64,000 bases of DNA from Octopus bimaculoides (taxonomy: Eukaryota), in assembly GCF_001194135.2 (NCBI RefSeq), contig NC_068981.1, forward strand, positions 128,546,327-128,610,326, read 5' to 3'. The translations under genes and the position numbers were made by a program. Position 1 is the first letter of the stretch. The number at the start of each line of letters is the position of its first letter. Below, piece after piece: positions 49,291 through 63,402 of this stretch. Under the pieces are notes generated by a model. The model did not search any database. It saw only the letters and a program-made list of their open reading frames with translations, and had not been told where the DNA came from.

Positions 49291-51614
49291 ACAATTTATG
49301 GTTGTGTGGTTAAGAAGCTTACTTCCCAACCACTTGATTTTGGGTTCATTCTCACTGCTTGGCATCTTGGGCAAATGTTTTTAACTTGCACTTTGGGCCA
49401 ACCAAAACCTTGTTAGTGGATTTGATAGAAGAAGACTGAAAGAAGCCCATTATATGTGGTTGATGGGCTTTATTTCAGCTTGGCATCTGTTGGGAAAATA
49501 TGACCAAGAAGTGAATTCCGTTTAGCTGCAGTTGTGTTGGAGAAAAAGGCCAAACAAAATGAGTATGACATAATAGGAAAGATGAGAAGAAGAAAGATAG
49601 ATGAACTGTTGATTGCATACAGCATGCTAATTCAGGAGACCAGGAACCATTGTAGTAGTTGTAAAAAAAAAAAGAAGGATGTAGTAAATGAATAGTTTAG
49701 TGGTTGTAACATGTTTGTGATTTCAGATGTACCAATCAGAAGGACTCTTTTTGGACATGATGTATAATGTTTGTGTGTACCATAGCAGCAATATAGCAGA
49801 TATGTGAACAATACTCTGAGGACTGGGTGTAGAAGGGTGAAGTAAGGCAGAGTTACTTCTAAATATAAATGAACAAATTATAACATTTAAAGAGTGATAA
49901 ACTACTTGAAATCACAAACTGTGGACAGTCATGCTTTAAAGACACACCAGAGAAGAGCTAAATATGATATGATTAATTTATGTTAGGTATTTAAAGTAAA
50001 GGTATAAGATTCACAGAATAACTGATACATAGTGTGAAATGTGTATTCAAATGGTTTGGCAGATAGAAGAAACCTTGTCATTGTAGCTCAATTTTGAACA
50101 AACTCTTATACGTGTTAATAAGTTATTATTAATATTGAGACATTAATGATTCTGTAGCAAATTTTCACATTCCCATGAAACACCAAAAGCAGGCTTCTGA
50201 ACGCATAATTAATTGATATCTTGCCTATTAATGCTAAAATACAAGTCAGTAAATTATCCTGTTTGCTATAATACAAATCTGTTCAGCATATGACACAAAC
50301 ACAAAATGTGTCAAAATTTCATTCTGATCTCATTTACCATATGTACATTCTAGAATATTTGATCTTCATGGCAGTAAACATCAAACATTTTATCTTGTTC
50401 TATTTCCTCCCCTCTACTACATACATTCATCCATCCATCGATGCATGTATGCATGCATACATGTATTTATATGTTTCTTTTACTCTTTTTAATTTAGAGT
50501 TAATTTTGATTGGACACCTGCTTGGTAGCAAGGTTGTGAAGAAAAGCTTTTTGCTTATTCATCCTTTAAATCTTAAGAAGGTCTTGCATATTTTTATTAT
50601 CTCAGATATCACAATTATTTGTAGTGTAAGAATTAAGGAGTTGCATTCACTCTCCCAGAATCCAGATTCAGCCACACTTGCTGCAGGTGGATGGGTACAT
50701 ATCTTGTTTGCTGTGATGGTAGTGGGTATGAAAGTAAAAGTGTATCTTAGGTACTGGATTGCAAACTCCTTATCAATGGTCCATAGATGTTCTCTTTCTT
50801 CTACATACATGCATGCATGCATGCATCCATCCACCTATCTATCTATCTATCTATCTCTCTATCTATCTGTGAAAGACCAATAAAAACTTACACACTCTAC
50901 CATTGGGTTGTAACTTTGTTTATCTGAAACCTGTTTTAAATATGCAGTGACTTAGTAGGCAACTGTCATCAAGAAGATTGAAGGTAATCTTTAGTAAAGA
51001 ATGTGAAAAAATTAACTGACACAATACTGGTTGTGTTCATAAATCTTTTACTTCTGATATCTTGATTTCTTTCTGTGCAACCTTATCTTTTTGATAAGAA
51101 ATATATAAAGCATTTATAACAGAAAATTTTCTTAAGACATCCGGAATAGAATCTGTCACACATGGATGTATGTACCTGTGTGTTCCTGCATTGAATTTAC
51201 ATGTGTTTCTAGTGTGTGTGTGTGTGTGTCTGTCTGTCTGTCTATGTCTGTGTTTGTGTGCATGCACACGCTTTGCAATAGGTACTTACATGTGTTTGTA
51301 TGTAAATATATACATGTCAATGCATTCGGTATGTTATGTGATTGCTTTTATGTGTAAATTTATATGTATGGGAGAGCGAGTGTATCAGCCAGTTAAGTGA
51401 AAGCTAATATATTGGGGTGTTCAAGTATACGTATGTTTGTATGTACTATGTGGGTGTTTAACACATACACACATACAGATATATGTAACACATATACACA
51501 TACATATACATAAATATATATATAAATATATACATATAAATATATATATATATGTGTGTATATGAATTTATGTATGGATTCTTGTATGTATGTATGTAGA
51601 TATACATATACATG

Positions 51615-51651
<37 letters not shown>

Positions 51652-51772
51652 NNNNNNNNNNNNNNNNNNNNNNNNNNNNNNNNNNNNNNNNNNATACACA
51701 CACACACACACACACACGCACACATGTCAATTTGGATATATGTCTGTATGGAAAAGTGTGTGTGTGTGTGTG

Positions 51773-51820
<48 letters not shown>

Positions 51821-52139
51821 CATGCACACATGTGCAAGCACACATAGAATTGCACTTAGCTGTAATACTTTCCTAGAAAGAGATTTAGTTCCAATCAATT
51901 AATGTAGAAAATTGGTAAATGTTTCAAACTAAAACTTTCATAAAATTTAGAATTCACTCATTTTTATTTAATTCAGTGTTTTTAGCTGTCATTTACATCA
52001 ACAGGTTTAAAAACAAATGCTGGGTAGATATTTGAAACATCGAAACATGAAAATATCATTGAAACACTAGTTTGCAATTAAAATGTTTCTCTTTATTATG
52101 TTGCACATGTTAATGTGATCTTTACTACGACTACTACTG

Positions 52140-52193
<54 letters not shown>

Positions 52194-53759
52194 ACAATAA
52201 TAATCCTTTCTATTATAGGCACAAGGCCTGAAATATTGAGGGAGGGGTTTAGTCAATTACTTCAATCCCAGTGCTTAATTGGTACTTATTTCATCAACCC
52301 CAAGGGGATGAAAGTCAGCCTTGGAAGAATTTGAACCAAGAACATAGACAGATGAAATGCTGCAAAGTATTTTGTCTAGCATACCAATGATTCAGCTAGC
52401 TCGTCACCTTAACATTGATACTAATTCTGTTACCATAAGGCGGCAAGTTGGCAGAATCGTTAGCATGCCAGGCAAAATGTTTAGCGGTATTTCATCTGCC
52501 ACTATGTTCTGAGTTCAAATTCCACCGAAGGCAACTTTACCGTTCATCCTTTCGGGGTCGATAAATTAAGTACCAGTTAAGAACTGGGGGTCGATGTAAT
52601 TGACTTGCCCCTTCCCCAAAAATTTCAGGTCTTGTGCCTATAGTAGAAAAGACTAATTCTGTTACCGTCATATCATTACCTTCATCATCATTATAACCAT
52701 TATTATTGCTGTCATTATCTTGTTAATACTTTTGTTAGTGGTATGGGTTGGAAAAGTTTGCAAGACATTATATATCTTTCTAGTCATCTTAATCTTGTAT
52801 CGTCCCATTTATGAAACCAGTTGTGATATGGCCATACCATTTCTTCCTACTTTCTTTCTTGATCAGTTTCTTCTGTGTTTATCCTTCATTCTTAGTCAAC
52901 ATCGTCTCTTTTATCCAGCTTGCATTCATCATCATTATCACCATTGTTTTAATGTCTACTTTTCCATGCTTGCTTGGATCAGATGAAGTTTATTGAGGCA
53001 GGTTTTCTATAGCCAATGCCCTTCTTGTTGTCAATCCTCACCTGTTTCCAAGTAAGATTTATGTTTCACCATGGCCAGACATATTTTCATAGAATATTGG
53101 AAATGAATGACATTGCTTTTATGACAAGTGATCCTCATTTACAACAGTCACACAATGTCAAGACAAGACATTATCCAGTCATATTACCAATGATACCACC
53201 ATCTCTCCTGAACATATTAGTCAATGCTACTAATGTTTAAACACACTAACCTTGACCTTTGATCAATTTATCCATAAGTCTCCCAACCAACAAATCTGAA
53301 ATTAAAGATGAAATGTAGTACTGTGACCTAATGGCTATTTCTATAAGATTATCATTTTACAAGCTAATTAATCTCATTGATATTTCCAGTATTTATATCT
53401 GCACTATACTTTGATTGGTTTGATCTCTGATTATCATCAAGTGTCAACTGCCATTACTGAAAAGTAAATTTAAATAACCTAAAATTGCAACATTGAGTAT
53501 AAATCCCAAGAGGCTTAGTAGTTAACAACATTATTGTCTTTAACTTAGGAACATGTCGCATTTACTCATGTATAAGTTGCAGTATTTGTACCTGAATTTA
53601 ACTGGAAAAACTTGAAAGCAACCTATACACAGAGCAAAGTTTGAACATTAAGGAAATCAATTTTCTATCATGATTTAATACTAAAATAGGAGTATGACTT
53701 ATATATGAGTAAATACAGTAAGTTCATTGTTATATGATAATAATTAACTTATTGTATAT

Positions 53760-54300
53760 AGTGCTCAGGTGCACTGCAGTTCCTCAGAAAAAGTAATCAA
53801 GATTGCATGAACAGTACATAGAATATGCTCAGGAAGTGAGCAGTGAATAAGTCTTTAAGAATGAAATGGAGGTGGGGACATCAGGTGTACTGTTGATGAA
53901 TTTCAGGAAGCAAGTAAGTTTTGAAGGATGTAGTGTCCTGAGAGCTAACAACTGACGTGGGTAGTTTATTCCATGTTTGAGCAATTCTGAGTGTGAAAAA
54001 ATGTTTCCAAAAGTCATGGATGTTGTGTTGTTTTTGACACATGGAATTCAAAAGAGTGCTCAGGGTTGTTATTGGAAAGATGATGAATAATCTTGTTAGT
54101 GTCTACCAAGTCAGTTGCCAGATGTCACAGCTTTAAGACGTCCATACCCAGGGAAGCAAGAATTTCATAGTTTGGTAGAGGCCTGATGGCAGATATTCAT
54201 CTGGTTGCACTAAGGTTATGTAGACATCCAGATCAAACCAACCAGAATGTAGTGTAAATTGAATAGTATAGACGTGCATTCTAAAGAGGATGTTAATTGA
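53760..54300 (-). mobile_element. CR1 LINE 3' fragment
   Basis: Minus strand FFTLRIAQTWNKLPTSVVSSQDTTSFK resembles the CR1 C-terminal FF..RV...WN.LP motif. Confidence 0.7.
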
Positions 54301-54527
54301 CTTAAGTATTGTAAATTTATAAACAACTGCTCATTTCAGATATTTAGATATTTAATTGATTGTTTAAATATTAAAATTTCTGTATTTCAAGATAATCTTC
54401 TTCTTACAGGGGTTATACTATTATACAAAATTGGGGAGAGATTCCTTCAGCTGAGGATGAATTAGAAGATAGCTCCCCAGATTTTCAAGGTCAGTACCAA
54501 CAAGATATATTTACACTTGAATTCATA

Positions 54528-54582
<55 letters not shown>

Positions 54583-57089
54583 ATGCGTGCATGTGTGTGT
54601 GGGGAGAGAGAGAGAATAGTTATCAGAAGACAGATGTACAGCTCATCATTGTAAGCAACAGGATCACTAAAAAATGGAGATATGTTGTTGCTTTTGTTAT
54701 TACTGTTGTTTAACCTTGAGTCAAATCTAGTGTAGTAGACCAATGATGAAAGAAATTGAAGCCACAACCACCTCATCTTATTTTCACAAATAGAGTACTT
54801 GGGTTACGTTATCTTTTGTATACTTCAAGAGACAGTAGGGCGTTATGCAGATAATTCCAGAAGGTCAAGTAACCACATGAGACTCCCTCATTGGCATGTT
54901 TGTGAGTTAGCTTTGCTTTGTTAGCAGTGCTGAGCTTGAAGCAGATATGCTCATTATTATCATGTTAGTATCTGCTTTTTCCATACTGGCACAGGTTAGA
55001 CAAGTCTTACTGAGGCAGTATTCTGTGAAAGAATGCCTTTCTTGTCATCAACCCTTACCTATTTTTCAAGAAAGGTATTTTTATTCCGCATGCACACGCA
55101 CACACACGCATATATGACAGGCTTATGTACAGGTTCTATCCAATTTCACTCACAAGGCGTTGGTCAGTCCAAGGCTATAGCAGAGGATATTATTTGCCAT
55201 AGGTGCCAGGCAGTTGAATAGAGCAGAGAACCACCTGGATACAAAGGAAACTTTGTGTCCACACACTGCTGCTTATGTAGGTTTAAAATGGATGGGCACT
55301 TCCATACTGATTTGATCTTGATACAACGACATGAAGAAATTTTTGTGGTATTCTTACAATACAATGGTTAACGGGACTACCACACCATCAGAAGAGGAAG
55401 ACTGCTTTCATGCTATTTTAAGATCCTTCTTCACTGTTGAAAAGGAGTGGGGTAACTTGAAGAGACTTGTGTGTTTAATGTTCAAATGTATTTTAGTTAG
55501 TGGATAGTGAGGAAATAGTGCAGAAGTTGTAGAAAATTCAGTTCTGGCTTTATAGAGCTGCAGCTGAATTGTCACACCAACATGGTTATTACATTTGTGG
55601 CAACAACTATGTAGATATCTGCTCTATTCCAAAAGAACTGCCTATAGATGCTAATCAGTCATAGTGTTCACTTTAAGTTGTTTTCACTTAATGTTCTGAG
55701 ATAACAGAATTATTTTTACTTGTCTTTTTTCTTTTCTCCCTCACTCACTCTCCCTCCTTCACCCAACCATCCTTCTATCTGTTTATCTTGGATGAAAAAT
55801 GGTTTATGTAATGATAGCAATATATTCACCTTCACTAATGCTGGGAAGAGGTATAAATATGCTAATATGAGAAGCTGCTGAATAAGAAAAATTCATGGAA
55901 TAGAGAAAAACTATCTGAAATAGACTAAAAAAAGGACTAACTATTGAAATTGACAGCTGTATGATTGAAATGGCTATTAAGGATATGGAAGCAAGGAATA
56001 CAGCTGAATCATTAGGGACAACATGCTGAAAATATCTGTCAAAGACATAACCACTGGCATAACATTATCATCATCCACTGCTACACATGAAAATATGCTC
56101 TAGAGATGCTCCAGAAAGAAACAACTACAGAAGTGTCAAACTGATGGACCAAGTTTTATAAAAATAACAAAAAGTTTTAACACAATCGATTAGAAAATAA
56201 TTAGCTTAGATGATATGCTGTTCATGTCTATGCCATAACAGGATCTTACAGATCACCTCTTCCTAATGAGACAGCAAGGTGGGTGCTAAGATAAGTGAGG
56301 AAGTTAGCATGCCTTACACATTTTTAGTTTGTGGGAAGCAAGAAAGAATGAACTGCTTTTTTGGAAATGATCATGTGTGATATGCAGAAAATGAGTTGTA
56401 AGAATTCCGTATGGTATATTTATTATAAACTGTGGGTGCACAAGTGGTGCTATAGGATCACAACCTAACTGACAGAGAAGTACTTCATATGTTGCAAATA
56501 CATAGAAGTAGTAAGCACTAGAAGCACCCATGAAATAAATTCCTTGAAATGCACTGAGGGCTCCTTAGAATTTTTTGTTAGGTTCTGTTACCTAGATGAC
56601 CTTATTATCAATGGAGGAGGGTGCTCCAAAAGAATAGTAGCCTGAGTCAGAATGGAATAACAAAAAGAGGCTTTCTCTAGGTGAAAAGCAGATTGTATAA
56701 TGCTTGTATTCAAAGTGTGATATTGCATGCTGGTTATGGAGGCTGGAAAGAAATTAGATGAAATTGTTGCACTGGATGGATAATATTGGTTTCAAATTTT
56801 GGCACAAGGCCAGTGTGTAAGTCAATTACATCGACCCCAGTACTCAGCTGGTACTTATTCTAGTGACCCTGAAAGGATGAAACACAAAGTCAACCTCAGT
56901 GGAATTTGAACTCAGAAAATAGCGATGGACGAAATGCTGCTAAGCATTTCACCCGGTGTGCTAATGATTCTGCCAGCTTGCAGACATAACTGGATGGATA
57001 ATATTACTATGAATGCATAATGAAGTCAAATATGATGAGAGAAAAAACTCGAATATAAGAGGAAGCAGATATAGTGTGTCAGGGAAGAC

Positions 57090-57530
57090 TGCATTAGTAT
57101 AAACATATGCATGGAGAATGAGTGTATTTCACAAAAGACATGACAAAGGACCACATGTTATAGGGATGGAATTCGGTATCTTGAAGTGTGTAATGCTCAC
57201 TCTGAAATGAAGGAAAAGAACAGATTGTAGGGGTGTAGAATTGCCAAACAGAGAGAGAATGGAAGTCCTGGATGATAATGGGTACAAGTACCTTGGGATC
57301 CTGGAGCTGGACAATATCTTGCACAGAGAAATGAAATATAAGGCCATCGCTGCATATTTGAAGCACCTCAAACTTCTCTTGAGATCAAAACTCAACTCAA
57401 GGAACCTTGTGACAGCCATCAACATATGGGCTGTTGCTGTAGTCTGCTATAGTGCACCCATCCTGAAATGAACACAAGCTCTCTCACTCAATAATAATAA
57501 TAATAATAATAATAATGATAATAATGATTA
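57090..57530 (+). mobile_element. R4/Dong-clade fragment ending in (AAT)n
   Basis: GYKYLGILELDNILHREMK..YLKHLKLLLRSKLNSRNLVTAINIWAVAVVCYSAPIL. Confidence 0.85.
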
Positions 57531-58513
57531 TAATGATAATAAGATTTAGGTTACTCCTCCAGAAAGTATAGAAACAAATAAAGAAGAGTGCCATTGTTCA
57601 TTTGATAACAATGGCACTCTTATTTGCTTCTAATAATAATAATGATGATGACGATGATGATGATAATGATAAAAGGGGTTCTGATGTCGGTGATGTGATT
57701 TCTTAAATAAGCATGATCTCTTGAAACAACAAGCACACATGTTAAAAGCCACTTTAGAAATAGAATCAAATTACTTGAGAAGATCAAATTGCTTGAGGAA
57801 TTTTCAGGTATCTTGACATCAATGGTGAAGTGGTAAAGATTCGTTAGCTGGAAGAAATTTTCCCAGTATAGTATTATGTATCTAAGATACCAATGGGTAA
57901 TGCTGGTGGCTATGAAATGACGTTCAAATATTTTTCGTAGATATAGTAGTAGCCATCTAGGCAATCAATTGATGGTATCACTAGAACATTGGACAAAATG
58001 CATTGCAATATTTCTTCTGGTCTCTAAGTTATGAGTTCAAATTCTGCTAAGGTCAACTATGCTGGTACATTTCTCTCTTCCTTCAGCATTCCACATACTG
58101 GAGGACAAAGAGAGTATCTATGTTTGCATCATCTCCCTAAACAATTGGCAAAGCATATGCATTCTTCCAAGTCATCATCAATTCTGAACGAAAGCTTCAT
58201 TTTCTTTTTTGTCTTAGAAGCAGTTGTAGCAGCAGTGGTGGTGGCAGTAGTAGTAGCTTTTGTTGAAGTTGGTGGCAAAGTAGACCCAGTTAGCTCAATT
58301 TAACAGGATCCAGTGTGTGGAGCAACCTATCAGTTATTTGTGCATGATCTCAAGGTTCAACCTTGGTCTTTTATGGCTGGAGTAAAACAAAACCAAGCAA
58401 CACAGAACAGACAAGAGTTGGCAACAGGAAAGGCATCTGTCTGTAGAGAATCTACCTCAACAAATTCCATCTGATCCATGCAAGTATGGAAAAGCGGATA
58501 TTAAATGATGATG

Positions 58514-58570
<57 letters not shown>

Positions 58571-58698
58571 AATGTATATAGGCATAAGATGTGTATACAT
58601 CATCAAGAAAACTGAAAAACCAGAGTTTTTTAACAAATTCTTTTATATTTGCTCTTCAGTGAGTTTTACAGACACTTCCATGTCACTCTCCTTATCAG

Positions 58699-58733
58699 GA
58701 ATGTTGTGAACCAGTGACTGGTTCACAACATTC
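58699..58733. repeat. Perfect palindrome (17-bp arms, 1-nt spacer)
   Basis: GAATGTTGTGAACCAGT G ACTGGTTCACAACATTC. Confidence 0.97.
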
Positions 58734-59811
58734 TTGTTGGAAATCTGTGACTAAGTACACTGTTATTCATGTATTGCAATGTAAAATTTACTAATGAAGT
58801 AAATAAATATCAAGTGAAGAGTGAAGACAGCAGGATAAATTTATGAGATTAGGGTACATTATAATAACAAAAGTAAACTAATAGAAGGAACAACAAATGG
58901 CCCACTATTACTCAATGTTTTCTCTATCTCTAATTACTAATTCAACAGTTTCTGCTTCAATGAATTTGCCAATTCTATACCACAGGCATTTAGACTCGCT
59001 TCAGTGAGTTATGATGACTCTAGTCAAACTACAACTTCAATATTAAATGCTTTATTGAATCTTTATTTTTGGAAAACTTAAGTAGTCTGCTGAAACTCTT
59101 ACACAGCCCATACTTTCTCTTTAAACACTATAATAAGCAACAATTCAAACTGAATTTTATCCACACTAAACTCAACAGTCTCATCAATTTAGCAGGGTCT
59201 GATAATCTAATAAGTGATAAACTTGTAACAAAATAAAATAGAAATACAGGTAAATATACTTTCCTTTGATAAAAAAAAATTGCTCTTGGGTGATTTTCTC
59301 TTCAATCTCCACCTCTGTATTACTTTAGTATCAATTACAGAATGTTTACCTTGCCAATAACTCCATATTATTCTGTTTTCGTTTGTTTTGTTTTCTTCAT
59401 ACAAACATAGGTTCTGTATCAGAAAAACGTTTAATCAAAATTGTACTTAGGACATTTCAGTAAAACCTGCTGTCATGGAAATGTATTTCTTCTTCCATTC
59501 TAAACTAGCAGACATTCTTCTCCTACTCCTTCCATCTCATCTGCTTCTGCCTTGCACTGTTTCCAATATCATGTTACAATTTTATTCATTGTTTATCTAA
59601 AATATTCACCTATTCTTTCGATATTCAGCAAAATGAAAATCAAAAATGCTAAAACCAAAAAGGAAATTAAATATATGAAAATATTTTACATTCTAAATTG
59701 AAAATAATGACGTTTTGCTTCTCTTATCTTTTCTATTTAATATTTCCACTGATTTTATATTTATTCAGTTGGATATTATACATCTATTTGCACTTCTATA
59801 AATCATATCTC

Positions 59812-60680
59812 ATCATCATCATCGTTTAACGTTCGTTTTCCATGCTGGCATGGGTTGGACGGTTTGACTGAAGCTGACAAGCCAGAAGGCTGCACCAGGC
59901 TTCAATCTGATCTGGCAAAGTTTCTACTGCTGGATGCCCTTCCTAATGCCAACCACTCCGAGAGTGTAGTGGGTGCTTTTTACGTGCCACTGGCACAGGA
60001 GCCAGTTAGGCGGCATTGGCATCGACTACACATGAATGGTCTTTTTTACCTGCCCCCGTCATGGGTGCCAATGAGGCGGTACTGGCATCAGCCATGACAA
60101 TGAGTTCACTTGACTCAACAGGTCTTCGCAAGCGCAGTTTATTGCCCAATGATTGAAGGCCACATCAGGTTCCAATCTGATCTGACAATGTTTCTACAGT
60201 TGGATGCCCTTCCTAATGCCAACCACTCCGAGAGTGTAGTGGGTACTTTTTACATGCCACCAGCATGGGAGCCAGTCAGGCAACACTAGCATCGACCACA
60301 TTCAGATGGTGCTTTTTATGTGCCACTGGCATAGGGAGCCAGTCAAGTGGCACTGGCAACAACCCACACATGAATGGTACTTATTGCATGCCACCAGCAC
60401 GAGAGCCAGTCAGGCGGCACTGGCATTGGCCACAACTACAATTTCCATTTTTGATTGTGATTTTGATTTTTGATTTTACTTGACTCAATAGGTCTCCTCA
60501 AGCACAGCGTGTCATCTGACAATTCAAAGATACTTTTTAAATAGGCTGGTTATGCGACATTGGTATAGGTTATGGCTGTGATCTCACTTTACTTCTCGAT
60601 CACAGCATATCTCCAGAGGTCTCAGTCTCTTGTCATTGCCTCTGGGAGGCCCAACGTTTGAAGGTCATGCTTCACCACAG
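59812..60680 (-). mobile_element. RTE 3' fragment(s) with expanded UTR modules
   Basis: (CAT)n tail, a second internal tail segment at about 60160-60245, and repeated gccagtcaggcggcactggc modules. Confidence 0.8.
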
Positions 60681-60729
60681 CCACATCTGCACCTATATAT
60701 GTATATATGTGTATGTATATATAGATACA

Positions 60730-60760
<31 letters not shown>

Positions 60761-61516
60761 CATCATCATCGTTTAACGTCAGCTTTCCATACTAGCATGA
60801 GTTGGACGATTTGACTGAGGACTGGTGAAACCAGATGGCTACACCAGGCTCCAATCTGATTTGGCAGAGTTTCTACAGCTAGATGCCCTTCCTAACGCCA
60901 ACCACTCAGAGAGTGTAATGGGTGCTTTTACNNNNNNNNNNNNNNNNNNNNNNNNNNNNNNNNNNNNNNNNNNNNNNNNNNNNNNNNNNNNNNNNNNNNN
61001 NNNNNNNNNNNNNNNNNNNNNNNNNNNNNNNNNNNNNNNNNNNNNNNNNNNNNNNNNNNNNNNNNNNNNNNNNNNNNNNNNNNNNNNNNNNNNNNNNNNN
61101 NNNNNNNNNNNNNNNNNNNNNNNNNNNNNNNNNNNNNNNNNNNNNNNNNNNNNNNNNNNNNNNNNNNNNNNNNNNNNNNNNNNNNNNNNNNNNNNNNNNN
61201 NNNNNNNNNNNNNNNNNNNNNNNNNNNNNNNNNNNNNNNNNNNNNNNNNNNNNNNNNNNNNNNNNNNNNNNNNNNNNNNNNNNNNNNNNNNNNNNNNNNN
61301 NNNNNNNNNNNNNNATATATATATATATATGTATGTATGTATGCAGATATGTGTATTTGTGTGTAAATCTGTATATATATATATATGTGTGTATGTGTGT
61401 GTATAAATGTGTATATATATATTGTATATATGTATATACATATCTATATGTATAAATGTATATATATGTATATACATATATATATATATATGTAAATGTG
61501 TATATATATGTATAAA

Positions 61517-61554
<38 letters not shown>

Positions 61555-61781
61555 ATCATCATCATCATCATTGTTTAATGTCAACCACTCCGAGAGTGTA
61601 GTGGGTGCTTTTTACATGCCACAAACACGAGTGCCAGTCAGGCGGCACTGGCATTGACCATGCTCGAATGGTGCTTTTTATGTATAAATGGGTGTGTATG
61701 TCCATTTTCCATGCTGGCATAGATTGGGCGGTTTGACTAAGGTCTGGAGAGTCAGTGGCTGCATGGATATGTATATATACA

Positions 61782-63343
61782 CACTGGCCAAAATAAGTTT
61801 AAGACCATGACAGTTCTAGTCCTTCATTAATTTATTTTTAACAAACCTGTATAAAACTATTTTACTTTTTACGGTTTATGCATAATTTTTTCTTTTGAAT
61901 GATATAGGCGCTATATATCTTTCTACAATTTGAATAATTTTAATGCACAATTAATTCAAATGATTAAAAATTGTCGGCAAAATAAGTTTATGACTGTACT
62001 AACATTATTTTGTTTAAATTGAAAATTTGCAGCACAAACGATCAACAAACAAAAAATTATTATTAGTATCTAGTTCCATAGCCATTAATTTCAATTATGG
62101 CCTTACAATGGCAGGACATGGGAGTTTGACAAATGAGCACAAAAATCACTTGGAATGTTCTGCCATATTTCTTCAATAAAATTATATAATTGGGACAAAT
62201 TTGTTGGTTTTTTAGCATAAACTCTTTTAGAAACCTAATTCTATAAATTTTCTATTAAATTCAAATCCGGAGTCTGCAGAGGCCACTCAATAACCACCAT
62301 ATTACTGAGCTCAAATTATTGCAAAACTTTCCTCGTCTTATGGACAATTGTCCTGCTGGAAAATAGATCCCAGTGTCATCTGATTATTTAAATATGGCAG
62401 CACATTTTCATTTACTAATTGCAGATAGCCTACACTGTTCAGTCTGCCATCAACCTTAACAATTGGACCAACACCTATGCTGCTGAACACTTTACTCCAC
62501 ACCATTCCTTCAGTTGGAAGGCATCTAACATAAGTCTTTCTGTCTGATCCAAAGATGCAGAAGTGGGATTTATTGCTGCAAAGAACTTTTGACCAGTCTT
62601 TTCAGACATCTATTCAATATGGCTTTTAGCAAATGTGATCCGCTTCTGCTGGTTTGTCTCAGAAATTATCGGTTTCTTTCGAGCAATCCAGCCAAACAGT
62701 CGATTTCTAACAGTTTGTGGTGAAAAGCTGATGTCAGTTTCATCAGATAATTGCTTGCACTGCTGTTAGTATTTGGTTACCTTCAGAGAGCCTATGAATT
62801 CACCGATCCATCTGTACTGTTGTTTTTCTTGGAGCGCCCAATATTTGATGATCTGTGTATTGGCCAGAGGCTTAGTAAAGCTTCCATGCTTGAACACAAG
62901 CCATTTTGCTGCATCCTAAATGCTTGCTAATGTTCATGAAGGACACATTTTGCTGATGGAGCAACACAATTGGTTGATATTTTGACACTTTCCCATTGCG
63001 AATTAATTTATAACAATGCTTGATTATTAAACAAAACAGTACAGTATGACTAGCCATATGACCACCCATTTGGTTTATTAATTTGCATAATTTTGGTACA
63101 GTCTTAAACTTATTTTGCCAACAATTTCTAATCATTTGAATTAATTGCGCATTAAAATTCTTCGAATTGTAGAAAGGTATATAACACCTGTATCATTCAA
63201 AAGAGAAAACAATTCTACACAGACTGTAAAAAGAAAAATAATTTTATAGTTTTGTTAAAAATACAATGAAGGAATATAATGGAAGAAAATATAATGAAGG
63301 AATAGAACTGTCATCATCGATCTTAAACTCATTTTGGCCAGTG
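61782..63343 (-). mobile_element. Full-length but decayed Tc1-like transposon with long IR/DR-type TIRs
   Basis: CACTGGCCAAAATAAGTTTAAGA and TCTTAAACTCATTTTGGCCAGTG|ta termini with about 220-bp TIRs; FQQDNCP and IEWPLQTPDLNLIENL motifs; stops and frameshifts. Confidence 0.9.
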
Positions 63344-63345
63344 TA

Positions 63346-63392
<47 letters not shown>

Positions 63393-63402
63393 NNNNNNNN
63401 NN

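Noticed and set aside
50290-50883. 197-aa ORF (+) and overlapping 91-aa ORF (-)
   Set aside because: No recognisable domain, partly microsatellite-derived, composition typical of AT-rich non-coding DNA.
51393-51902. Long YIYI/THTH ORFs (also 60839-61571 and 37868-38678)
   Set aside because: Artefacts of (TA)n/(CA)n repeats and N-gaps.
53251-53295. 45-nt symmetric minus-strand exon candidate (LLVGRLMDKLIKGQ) with good splice sites
   Set aside because: No homology recognised and no partner exons; cannot be supported without RNA data.
60245-60435. Regular repeats suggesting a CRISPR-like array
   Set aside because: No unique spacers and no cas genes; these are RTE 3' UTR modules in a eukaryotic genome.
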